Under the pieces are notes generated by a model. It ran no database searches. It was not told the DNA's origin and saw only the letters and a list, made by a program, of their open reading frames with translations. A stretch of 32,000 bases of DNA, taken from Halogeometricum borinquense DSM 11551. GTDB lineage: Archaea; Halobacteriota; Halobacteria; Halobacteriales; Haloferacaceae. Below are positions 17,625 through 25,378 of this stretch, piece after piece. The translations under genes were made by a program, and so were the position numbers. The stretch's first letter is position 1, and each line of letters begins with the position of its first letter. The stretch is from the NCBI RefSeq assembly GCF_000172995.2, contig NC_014729.1, positions 990,001 through 1,022,000 on the forward strand, in the 5' to 3' direction.

Positions 17625-17801
17625 ATGGGCTTTGGTAGCTACGACGAGTCCGAGCAGGAACGACAGCAGTCGAACGAGGACGACGACGCCGAGGGTATCA
17701 CAACCCACGAACACGAACACGAGGGGTCCGTCACCGTCGAAAGCGACGTTTCCACGGACGCCCTCATCGACCGACTCGGCGAGATGAAAGACGAAGAGTA
17801 A
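17625..17801 (+). CDS. Small, highly acidic conserved haloarchaeal protein (MGFGSYDESEQE family)
   Basis: 58 aa from ATG 17625: MGFGSYDESEQERQQSNEDDDAEGITTHEHEHEGSVTVESDVSTDALIDRLGEMKDEE. From memory this N-terminal motif recurs in small haloarchaeal proteins. Confidence 0.6.
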   Translation: MGFGSYDESEQERQQSNEDDDAEGITTHEHEHEGSVTVESDVSTDALIDRLGEMKDEE

Positions 17802-17876
17802 CGTTCAGCGCGGAGGCGACGACATCCGCCTATCGAGGGGAAGCATATATCAGATTTCGAAACGTACGCCGAGAGC

Positions 17877-18995
17877 GTGGAGTCTCGACACCGCGTCGTC
17901 GTCGGCGATGCACGAACGATGAGCGATATAGCCGACGACGCCGTCGAACTCGTCGTCACCTCACCACCGTACCCGATGGTCGAGATGTGGGACGACTTGT
18001 TCTCAGAACTCACAGACGAAGCGGGACCCGCGCTCCGTGACGGTGACGGTGAGGCCGCATTTGAGGCGATGCACAGCGCCCTAGACGACGTGTGGGCTGA
18101 AATCAGCCGCGTCCTCGTACCGGGTGGAATCGCCTGCATCAACGTCGGCGACGCCACTCGGACCGTCGGCGACAGCTTTCGCGTCTATCCGAATCACGCC
18201 CGCGTGACGGATGCGTTCGTCGAACTCGGCTTCGAACCGCTTCCCGACGTGCTCTGGCGAAAGCCGACGAACAGCGCGGCGAAGTTCATGGGCAGCGGGA
18301 TGATACCGCCGAACGCCTACGTGACGCTCGAACACGAGTACGTGCTGGTGTTCCGCAACGGCACCGACTCGCGAGCGTTCGACCCCGGAGAAACGCGACG
18401 CTACGAGTCGGCGTACTTCTGGGAGGAGCGAAACGCGTGGTTCTCGGACGTATGGACGGACGTGGCCGGAACCGGTCAGGAAGTCGCCGCACGGACGAGA
18501 GCACACACCGGAAGCGGCGACGGCGAGATTGCCGATGGTGGCAACGTCTACGACCTCGATGCCGAGTCCGGAGACGAACTCCGCGAACGGACGGCGGCGT
18601 TCCCGTTCGAGATACCGTACCGGTTGGTGAATATGTACTCCGTCTACGGGGACACCGTGTTGGACCCGTTCTTCGGCACCGGCACGACGTCGCTGGCGGC
18701 GATGGTCGCCGGACGCGACTCCGTCGGCTACGAACTCGAAGACGCCTTCGTTGACGCGTTCGACGCCCGGGCGACGGGTGCGCCGACGCTCTCGCGTGAG
18801 GTGGTCGAAGCGCGACTTGATGACCACCGGGAGTTTGTCGAAAAGCGCATCGAGAAGGGCAGTCCACCGGGATACGACGCTGAAAACTACGATTTCCCGG
18901 TCGTGACGAAACAGGAGAAAGAACTGCAGTTCCGCGTCGTCTCGGACGTACAGCGCGACGGCGACGAGTGGATCGCCACACACGAGACGGTGTGA
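17877..18995 (+). CDS. Site-specific DNA methyltransferase, beta-class N4-cytosine/N6-adenine type
   Basis: 372 aa. Motif IV TSPPYP lies near the N-terminus and AdoMet motif I DPFFGTGTT near the C-terminus, the beta-class order. The GTG start at 17877 retains the conserved VVVGDAR segment. It may be the haloarchaeal CTAG m4C methylase (Zim-type) orthologue, but the specificity cannot be read from sequence. Confidence 0.88.
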   Translation: MESRHRVVVGDARTMSDIADDAVELVVTSPPYPMVEMWDDLFSELTDEAGPALRDGDGEAAFEAMHSALDDVWAEISRVLVPGGIACINVGDATRTVGDSFRVYPNHARVTDAFVELGFEPLPDVLWRKPTNSAAKFMGSGMIPPNAYVTLEHEYVLVFRNGTDSRAFDPGETRRYESAYFWEERNAWFSDVWTDVAGTGQEVAARTRAHTGSGDGEIADGGNVYDLDAESGDELRERTAAFPFEIPYRLVNMYSVYGDTVLDPFFGTGTTSLAAMVAGRDSVGYELEDAFVDAFDARATGAPTLSREVVEARLDDHREFVEKRIEKGSPPGYDAENYDFPVVTKQEKELQFRVVSDVQRDGDEWIATHETV

Positions 18996-19013
18996 CGCGT
19001 CCGTACTGCGGAA

Positions 19014-20321
19014 TCAGGCCGGTTTTCCGTCGAACTCTATCTCTCTGGCGCGCCGACGAATCTCGTCGGCATCACCGGTCTGGAGGCCGCCGAACGTCTC
19101 GTCGTACACGACTTCGCCATCAACCATGGTGAATTCGACGTCGTCGCCGTGTGCGCCGAAGACGAGATGCGAGAGCGCATCGTGAAGCGGCGTCGCACGT
19201 GTGATATCGGTATCGAGCGCGACGATGTCGGCTTTCCATCCTTCGCGGAGTTCGCCGACATCTTCGAATCCAGCGGCTTTTGCGCCGTTTATCGTCGCCA
19301 TCTCGAATATCACCTGTGCGGGCGTCGCCTTCGGATCGAGGTGCTCGACCTTCTGAAGCAGACTCGCCTGTCGCATTTCGGTGAACGGGTCGAGCGTGTT
19401 GTTGCACGGTGGGCCGTCGTTGCCGAGTGCGACGGTGACGCCGCGGTCGAGATAGTCCACGATGGGCGCGATGCCCGAGGCGAGTTTCATGTTCGAGGAG
19501 GGGCAGTAGGTGACGTTCGTCCCCGTCTCCGCCAGTAGTTCGCGTTCCGCTTCCGTGGTGTGGACGCAGTGAGCCAGCACCACGTCTTCGCCGGTCAGAC
19601 CCACCTCGTGAAGCCATTCGATGTTCCGCATCCCGGTGTCTTCCTCGACGGTTTCGATTTCGTCGTGGTTCTCGCTGGCGTGGGTGTGGATGGTCACGTC
19701 GTCGTACGTGTCTGCGAGTTCGCGCGCGCCGCGCAGGCACTCCTCGGAACAACTCACGGCGAATCGCGGCGTCACCGCGTAGCGGATCCGGTCGTCGTGA
19801 CTGCCGTGATAGGTCTGGAGGAGTCGTTCAGTTTCCGCGAGGGCCTCGTCGGTGTCTTCGATGAGGCCGTCGGGGGCGCGTTGATCCATCATCACCTTAC
19901 CGAGTCGGCCGCGAATGCCGAGTTCGCCCGCCGCCTCGAACGCCGTTTCGGCGTGCGAGACCGAAAGGTGGTCAATGACGGTCGTCGTCCCGCTTTCGAG
20001 CAGTTCGAGGTAGCCGAGTTCGGCCGCTGCGCGCATCCCGTCTGCGTCCAGCGATGCTTCCATCGGGAGGACGTGGTCGAACAGCCAATCGAGGAGTGCG
20101 GTGTCGTCGGCGATGCCGCGGCCGAGACTCTGGACCGAGTGGACGTGGCCGCCGATGAGCCCCGGAATCAGGAGGTCGAACTCGCGGACCTCGTGGTCGG
20201 GGTGGGCGTCTGTCACCGTCTCTCGGTCGCCGACGGCGCGGATACGGTCGTCAACAACGACGACGGCACCGTCGGCGATGACGGTCTCGGAGTTGGCGAT
20301 GACGGTTCCGGAGAGGAGCAT
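19014..20321 (-). CDS. Amidohydrolase-family deaminase (MTA/SAH or 5'-deoxyadenosine deaminase-like)
   Basis: 435 aa. Metal-binding HxH (GGHVHS), later H and D ligands (IHTHASE, LAHCVH, GNDG), and the typical N-terminal beta-sandwich. Confidence 0.88.
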   Translation of the reverse strand: MLLSGTVIANSETVIADGAVVVVDDRIRAVGDRETVTDAHPDHEVREFDLLIPGLIGGHVHSVQSLGRGIADDTALLDWLFDHVLPMEASLDADGMRAAAELGYLELLESGTTTVIDHLSVSHAETAFEAAGELGIRGRLGKVMMDQRAPDGLIEDTDEALAETERLLQTYHGSHDDRIRYAVTPRFAVSCSEECLRGARELADTYDDVTIHTHASENHDEIETVEEDTGMRNIEWLHEVGLTGEDVVLAHCVHTTEAERELLAETGTNVTYCPSSNMKLASGIAPIVDYLDRGVTVALGNDGPPCNNTLDPFTEMRQASLLQKVEHLDPKATPAQVIFEMATINGAKAAGFEDVGELREGWKADIVALDTDITRATPLHDALSHLVFGAHGDDVEFTMVDGEVVYDETFGGLQTGDADEIRRRAREIEFDGKPA

Positions 20322-20400
20322 GTTCCCTCACGTTCCAACGTGTCCGCGGTAAAAGCGGTTGCGAAATTGTGGTAGCCGGTTCAGCAGGGACGAGCGACGT

Positions 20401-21894
20401 TCAGGAGATAAACGGCGGCGATCCGGTCGGCAGGGAGATGAGCCATAGACTCAGAGCCGTGTAGCCCATCATCACCAAGACAAACGGATACTGGCTCCGA
20501 ATCGCTTGGAGGCGACTCGGGAACAGGCGGTACGCCGTCGAGTGTGCGATCCAGATCGCAAGGAGGTGACCGCCGAGAACGAACGCGATATTGAGCATAC
20601 TCACCCACGACGGAAGCGTGAAGACGAGCGGATTTGCCGGCGAGGAGAACGGCGCAGAGAGGACGGCAAAGAGCGAGGGCGACAGCGACAGGAAGAACGC
20701 GAAGTAGTGCGCAAGGTGGTACCCCGCCGCGATAGCGAGGAGTGGGGGCGCAAAGCAGATGGCGAGTTCCCGCGCTTCGCGGTACGTCTGTAGACGTGAC
20801 GCCGATATCCGGGCGGCGAGGACATATGCGCCGAAGAACGCCGCGAAACCGAGAAGGTAGAGACCGCCGTAGACGGCGAGCGGTGGAAGACCGGCGTTGA
20901 CGAGAGCGCGGACGACGCTGACTCCCTGTTGGGTCGTGACGAATCCGCTGAACGTCAACTCCCAGACGAGGGCGATAACGAAGGCGATGTCGCTCATCCC
21001 GGTCACGACGCGACCGCTGTTGCTGTGATCGTCGCTATTGCCGTGAGCGTCAGTTCTGTTGCTGCCATCGCTCTTGCCGTCGTCGTACTCGCGCTCCGCG
21101 TACTCGTCGTCAACCAGACGCATTCCCGGCAGGTGGGCATGGAGCGTTCCGCGGTCCCACGAGAAGGGTGCGACACGGCCGTACAGTCGGAAGAAGACCG
21201 AAACGGGATCCACGTTACGGAACCACGGACCAGTACCGAACGCGACAGCACCGACGACAGTGACGGCGGAGTAGCCGAGGACGGCACTTGCGAGAAGCGC
21301 GGGGCGGTTCGTCACGCCGGTCGTCGTTTCGATCCAGACGAGCGCGAGCAGACCGGCGACAGCGGGCCATCGCTGCAACTGCTGGGGGTACTCAACGAAT
21401 CCGTTCGGGAGTCGCGCGGCGACAGTTTGCCACGGATTCAGCGCGGACCACACGTCGCCGACGAGGTACGTGAACATCGTGAATCCGGCGCGCATGCCTG
21501 CAAAGACGACGACGACCGCGAGATTCACGGTCGGTATCTGCGGACCGGCAACCCCTCGGTAGACGACGAGTGCGAGCAGACCGATTCCGAGTGCGTTCAG
21601 CAGACCGGTTCCGACGCGGCGTGCCGTCTCCTGCGCTGCGAACGTCCGCGTCCAGCGGTGGATTCGCAGGACGAACCGCCTATCGGTGACGAAACTGGCG
21701 AGAAGGGCGGACGCGCCGATAGTCGCACCGCCGGTGGCGACGTAGAGCCACCGGGGGACGCTAAGCGGGTCGCGGGACGCCTGCCCGAGCCCGACGGCGG
21801 CGTTGCTGGCGGCGACGCCGCGAGCGAGGAGAGCGACGCCGATGACGGCGAGACAGAGAGCGAACGCGCGAGCGACAAAGCGGTGGCGTGTCAC
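20401..21894 (-). CDS. Polytopic membrane protein (about 12 TM) with an acidic/His-rich loop
   Basis: ORF 20401..21963. The GTG at 21894 (VTRHRFVARAF...) lies 7 nt after the upstream zinc-finger gene stop and avoids a 62-nt overlap. The central loop is DDEYAEREYDDGKSDGSNRTDAHGNSDDHSNSG. Confidence 0.75.
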   Translation of the reverse strand: MTRHRFVARAFALCLAVIGVALLARGVAASNAAVGLGQASRDPLSVPRWLYVATGGATIGASALLASFVTDRRFVLRIHRWTRTFAAQETARRVGTGLLNALGIGLLALVVYRGVAGPQIPTVNLAVVVVFAGMRAGFTMFTYLVGDVWSALNPWQTVAARLPNGFVEYPQQLQRWPAVAGLLALVWIETTTGVTNRPALLASAVLGYSAVTVVGAVAFGTGPWFRNVDPVSVFFRLYGRVAPFSWDRGTLHAHLPGMRLVDDEYAEREYDDGKSDGSNRTDAHGNSDDHSNSGRVVTGMSDIAFVIALVWELTFSGFVTTQQGVSVVRALVNAGLPPLAVYGGLYLLGFAAFFGAYVLAARISASRLQTYREARELAICFAPPLLAIAAGYHLAHYFAFFLSLSPSLFAVLSAPFSSPANPLVFTLPSWVSMLNIAFVLGGHLLAIWIAHSTAYRLFPSRLQAIRSQYPFVLVMMGYTALSLWLISLPTGSPPFIS

Positions 21895-21901
21895 AGACAG
21901 G

Positions 21902-22180
21902 TCACCCCGCAAACCAGATATACATGAACAGGTAGCCGAAGTACAGGAGGACGAGGACGCCAAACGCTCGGATTCGGAAGGAGCGAATCTCGCGTTCCTC
22001 CTCTCGATAGGCCTCTCGATACGCCTCCTTTTCTTCCCCGGTGAGGACGCTCGGGTGACGGACGCCCCGGTGCAGGACGAGCAGGCGTGATTCGGGGAAC
22101 GCGCGTCCGCAGACTCGGCAGGTGTGACTCTCCACCCCAGTTGCCCGTTGGTCCGTTGTCGCGTGTGTCGTTTCCGTCAT
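21902..22180 (-). CDS. Membrane-anchored C2H2 zinc-finger protein
   Basis: 92 aa. HTCRVCGRAFPESRLLVLHRGVRHPS gives the C-x2-C-x12-H-x4-H spacing. The C-terminal TM helix is AFGVLVLLYFGYLFMYIWF. Confidence 0.7.
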   Translation of the reverse strand: MTETTHATTDQRATGVESHTCRVCGRAFPESRLLVLHRGVRHPSVLTGEEKEAYREAYREEEREIRSFRIRAFGVLVLLYFGYLFMYIWFAG

Positions 22181-22322
22181 GTTGTCTTTCAGGTGTGTCA
22201 GCTCTCAGTTGCGTGGTCTCGTGTGCCGTTCGGTTTTCGTTGCGTGGTTGGCGTCGCACCAGCCTGAGGCTTTCCGTTCTCTCTCGGGAGCTGGTGACCC
22301 GTCACTCGGAAATCGAGAATCA

Positions 22323-23414
22323 TTACTCGGGAACGGTGAACGTTACCGGATCCATGTCGATGAACGCCGTCTCGTAGCCGTCGTGCCGCGCTATCTGCGG
22401 CGGGGTGGCGACCGAGACGCGGAGTTCGTCTCCGGGTGCAACCGACTCAACGGTCGCCCCGTAGTGGTAGCCGAGTTCCGGGTCAAGCGTTTGAGTCAGA
22501 TCCATCTCCGAGACGGTTTCACCGCCACGGGAAAGCGTTGCGTCCAGCCCCATCATCGGCAGGATAATACCGTTATACGGTGTCCGCGGCGACACGTACA
22601 GATACGCGCCGTCACCAAATCGGTCGCTGTTGGCGTCGTCAGAATCGATGACGAACGTATGGAAGACGGCGTCTCCGCTGGTCGCCTTGCCGAGATGGCG
22701 GCCCTGAAGGGAGTCGGCCGCAAGCGCGCGGCCGACCGGGACACCGGACATCTCCATCGGTGGGATGGTTCCGGGCTCGCCCGGGTTTTCGGGCCGTTGG
22801 ATAGAGACGTCGTACAACTCGTCGGTGTCGAACGTGATGGGGAACGTCGCCGTCTCGGCCGTCTCGAACCGCCCCGCGAACGATCCGGTCCGTTTGAGCG
22901 AGACGCCGCCGATGCGGACGTGTACCTCGTACTCGCCCTCGCCGTCAAGCTTGTAGTTCGACCCGTAGTGCAACCCCATCTTCTGGGAGAGCATCGGGTA
23001 GGCGATTTCCTCGGTAACGGCACTGCCGTTTCTTGTCACCTCGATGGTGACGCCGGAGTCGCGTGGAAGGACAGTCCCCGTTTCGGCGTCCCACAACGTC
23101 ACCATGAGATGGACCGAGTCGTCTGCTCTCACGACGGTTTTCGAGAACTCGGTGTTCGTCAGCGTCCAGAACCGATGCGGATAGGAGTACGTCAATGCGA
23201 CGCCATAAGGACCGGCTGTCGTCTTGCCGTACATCTTCATCCCTTCGGTAATTGCGGGCACGTAGACGGCATCCGGGCGGTCCTCGACAAGCGGGGGGTC
23301 CCGCCACGCAGACTGTGTCTCGAATCCGAGCGTGTCGAGGCACCCGGCGGTACCGACGAGCGTGCCGGTTCCGAGCGTTCCGAGAAGTTGCCGACGAGTG
23401 ATGTGCGGGGCCAT
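22323..23414 (-). CDS. Tat-exported lipoprotein, probable periplasmic metal (iron)-binding protein with two P19/FetP-like beta domains
   Basis: 363 aa. Twin-arginine signal plus lipobox (ITRRQLLGTLGTGTLVGTAGC). Two repeated segments end in YG.NYKLDGEGEYEVHV and GYHYGATVES...GDELRVSV. The resemblance to P19-type Fe transport proteins is from memory. Confidence 0.8.
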   Translation of the reverse strand: MAPHITRRQLLGTLGTGTLVGTAGCLDTLGFETQSAWRDPPLVEDRPDAVYVPAITEGMKMYGKTTAGPYGVALTYSYPHRFWTLTNTEFSKTVVRADDSVHLMVTLWDAETGTVLPRDSGVTIEVTRNGSAVTEEIAYPMLSQKMGLHYGSNYKLDGEGEYEVHVRIGGVSLKRTGSFAGRFETAETATFPITFDTDELYDVSIQRPENPGEPGTIPPMEMSGVPVGRALAADSLQGRHLGKATSGDAVFHTFVIDSDDANSDRFGDGAYLYVSPRTPYNGIILPMMGLDATLSRGGETVSEMDLTQTLDPELGYHYGATVESVAPGDELRVSVATPPQIARHDGYETAFIDMDPVTFTVPE

Positions 23415-23547
23415 GAGAGGTCTCTCACCCGTGGACGGGCGAGCGTAGTTGACGACAGTAATGGGTGAACCGGAATGACGCTTGCGAACCGAATACGCGT
23501 TTCGACGGCAACTACGTCCGTATCGAACAGCGAGAAGAGGCAGTCCG

Positions 23548-24381
23548 CTACTCCAGATCGACCTTGTGCTGGAACGCTCGGTAGACGCTAATTCCGGTTT
23601 CTGTCAGGGCGACGTTCTTCTGTTTGCCAGCCGGTTCGAGGCGAAGATAGCCCTTCTCGACGAGCGGGTCGATGATGGCGGCGTCGAGACGGCGGTATTC
23701 TGACTGTCGGCTCTCGGTCGAGTAGTTAGTGAGGAAGGGAAGCCCGTAGTCGTTCGCGCGCTGGATGAGACTCCGCTTGTTCAGCGTGTAAGGGTTTTCG
23801 ACCGTCTGTTCGTACAGGTAGCCCATGATGTGAACCTGTTCGCGCGTCGGCGCTTCGATGGGATAGTCGGGAACTCGGTCGATACTAGCGACGCCGTTCG
23901 AGAGCGGTTCGTCCTCCACGTCGTGGCCGTAGGACTCGGGTTCGACGCTGTAGGGGAGAGCGGCGGTCGTCATGCAGGCGATAGCCGCGCCGACGGCGGC
24001 GACGTTCGTCCCAGAAGAGATGTTGACGAACACTTGGTCGTCGTCGTGAGCTGCCGCAATAGTGGTAGTGACGCCCATTACGTCGTAGACGTTGTGAATA
24101 TCGACAGGAACGCCGCGCGCGTCACAGAACTCGTCGAGTTCCTCGCGAACCGCGAGTTGGTACGCTGTCGAAGACGACCACGAGACGTTCTCGGTGTCGG
24201 GCGAAGACCAGTCGGCGTCGGTATCGACGTCGCCGTGGTCGTCGTCGGTCCGGTTCGGGTCGTTCACAAGAAGGTAGACAACGTCTGCGACCTCTGTTCG
24301 CACAGGTTCGACGACGCGGTCGCGTTCGTAACCGAGTGGTGCGATATGCACCCGTCGGCCGGAGGGAAGTCCGCTATCCAT
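23548..24381 (-). CDS. Transcriptional regulator with an N-terminal CARF/Csa3-like Rossmann-type domain and a C-terminal winged helix
   Basis: 277 aa. First strand VHIAPLGYERDRVVEPV. Later strand plus loop VFVNISSGTNVAAVGAAI, a CARF-like S/T-G-T loop. The C-terminus (REQVHIMGYLYEQ...RSLIQRA...VEKGYLRLEPAGKQKNVALTETG) is wHTH-like. An acidic insertion lies between the strands. Confidence 0.8.
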   Translation of the reverse strand: MDSGLPSGRRVHIAPLGYERDRVVEPVRTEVADVVYLLVNDPNRTDDDHGDVDTDADWSSPDTENVSWSSSTAYQLAVREELDEFCDARGVPVDIHNVYDVMGVTTTIAAAHDDDQVFVNISSGTNVAAVGAAIACMTTAALPYSVEPESYGHDVEDEPLSNGVASIDRVPDYPIEAPTREQVHIMGYLYEQTVENPYTLNKRSLIQRANDYGLPFLTNYSTESRQSEYRRLDAAIIDPLVEKGYLRLEPAGKQKNVALTETGISVYRAFQHKVDLE

Positions 24382-24549
24382 AGTCGGAATGGCCGGAACT
24401 GCTACATGAATCTTCGGAACGGAATACGCGAGCCGACGAGAACGCGAGCCGACGAGAGATGTGGGAGGTCACTGGTAGACCGAACCCGACGAATAGAACG
24501 CCATCTTATCAGTAGTTCGAGAGCAGAGAGATTGGCGGTGGGTGAATGA

Positions 24550-24638
24550 GTCGATTAGCGATGGTGAACGGGCGAATTAGCATGTGATCGGGCGAATTAG
24601 CATGTGATCGGGCGAATTAGCGGGGGAAGGGCGAATGG
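24550..24638 (+). repeat. Tandem 20-bp direct repeat array (unit gggcgaattagcatgtgatc)
   Basis: Two perfect units (24570-24589, 24590-24609), a third truncated unit (24610-24621), a degenerate unit upstream (24550-24569) and a further gggcgaatgg at 24629-24638. G-rich DNA follows. Confidence 0.85.
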
Positions 24639-25012
24639 ATCAGCGAGGGTGGAGGGCCGATCTGTCAGCGGTCGAAGGGCGGACGAATCGGGGATGGGAG
24701 GTTGCCGGTCAGTCGGCGGGGGGAGCCGACATTCCGGCACGGTGGAGGCCATCCCGAACGGGAGGAATTCGGGTGGCCAGGGGAGGGGCGAACCGTCGGG
24801 AGACCAAGGCGACGGTGAGGTGTCGGAGACACCTGCACACGTCCATCCGACGCGGGAAGCGTCGGGCTGATTGAACGCGTGCAATTGTACGAAGTCGCTT
24901 GCTGATAGTCCGTGTTGACACGTTGATACTGTGACTATCGGAACTGTTGAAAACACGCGAGCATTCGCTACGGAATCGAGCAGCAGGGCACGATAGCGGG
25001 GTTAGAAGGGTC

Positions 25013-25285
25013 TCAGTCGGCGTTGCACAGTTCGACGGGTGACGCTTCGAGCGCGTGCACATTGCCATCACCCTTGATGACGATTCGGTATCCAGCGTAG
25101 TCAAATTCGAGGACGCTCGGCGAGGCGTTCGGCTTGTCGAAAAGGGTGACGAGCGCGTCCGGGTCGATGGCGGATGCAAGCGGTGGAATCTCGGTTACGC
25201 CGACGTTCTCTAACTCTGCGACTAACGAGACAATAGACGCCGGTAGCATTTCAGAAGTAGGTGGTTCCGTCTGTTCAGTACCCAT
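25013..25285 (-). CDS. Stand-alone HalOD1 (halobacterial output domain 1) protein
   Basis: 90 aa. SIVSLVAELENVGVTEIPPLASAIDPDALVTLF...VLEFDYAGYRIVIKGDGNV fits the HalOD1 pattern (V..VA...G.....LPPL...IDPDALD.LF....V.F.Y.GY.V.V). Confidence 0.72.
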   Translation of the reverse strand: MGTEQTEPPTSEMLPASIVSLVAELENVGVTEIPPLASAIDPDALVTLFDKPNASPSVLEFDYAGYRIVIKGDGNVHALEASPVELCNAD

Positions 25286-25378
25286 ACACCGGCAGAAGAT
25301 AGAACGGAGTATAAATTCTCCACCTATCTGCAGATTATGCGAAATTCGTGTCTCTGAGATACTATATCCGGTATCTAG

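Noticed and set aside
22179-23468. 429-aa plus-strand ORF
   Set aside because: Antisense to the Tat lipoprotein and zinc-finger genes, Arg-rich, with no motifs. The minus-strand genes carry clear signal peptide, lipobox and finger motifs.
24550-24640. Possible CRISPR array
   Set aside because: The 20-bp units are directly tandem with no spacers, there are only about 2.5 good copies, and no cas genes are present.
24597-25179. ORFs 24597-24956, 24604-24870, 24635-24874 and 24709-25179
   Set aside because: They lie in the repeat-rich, G-skewed intergenic region, are Gly/Arg/Pro/Ser-rich, and overlap each other in several frames. There is no coding signature.
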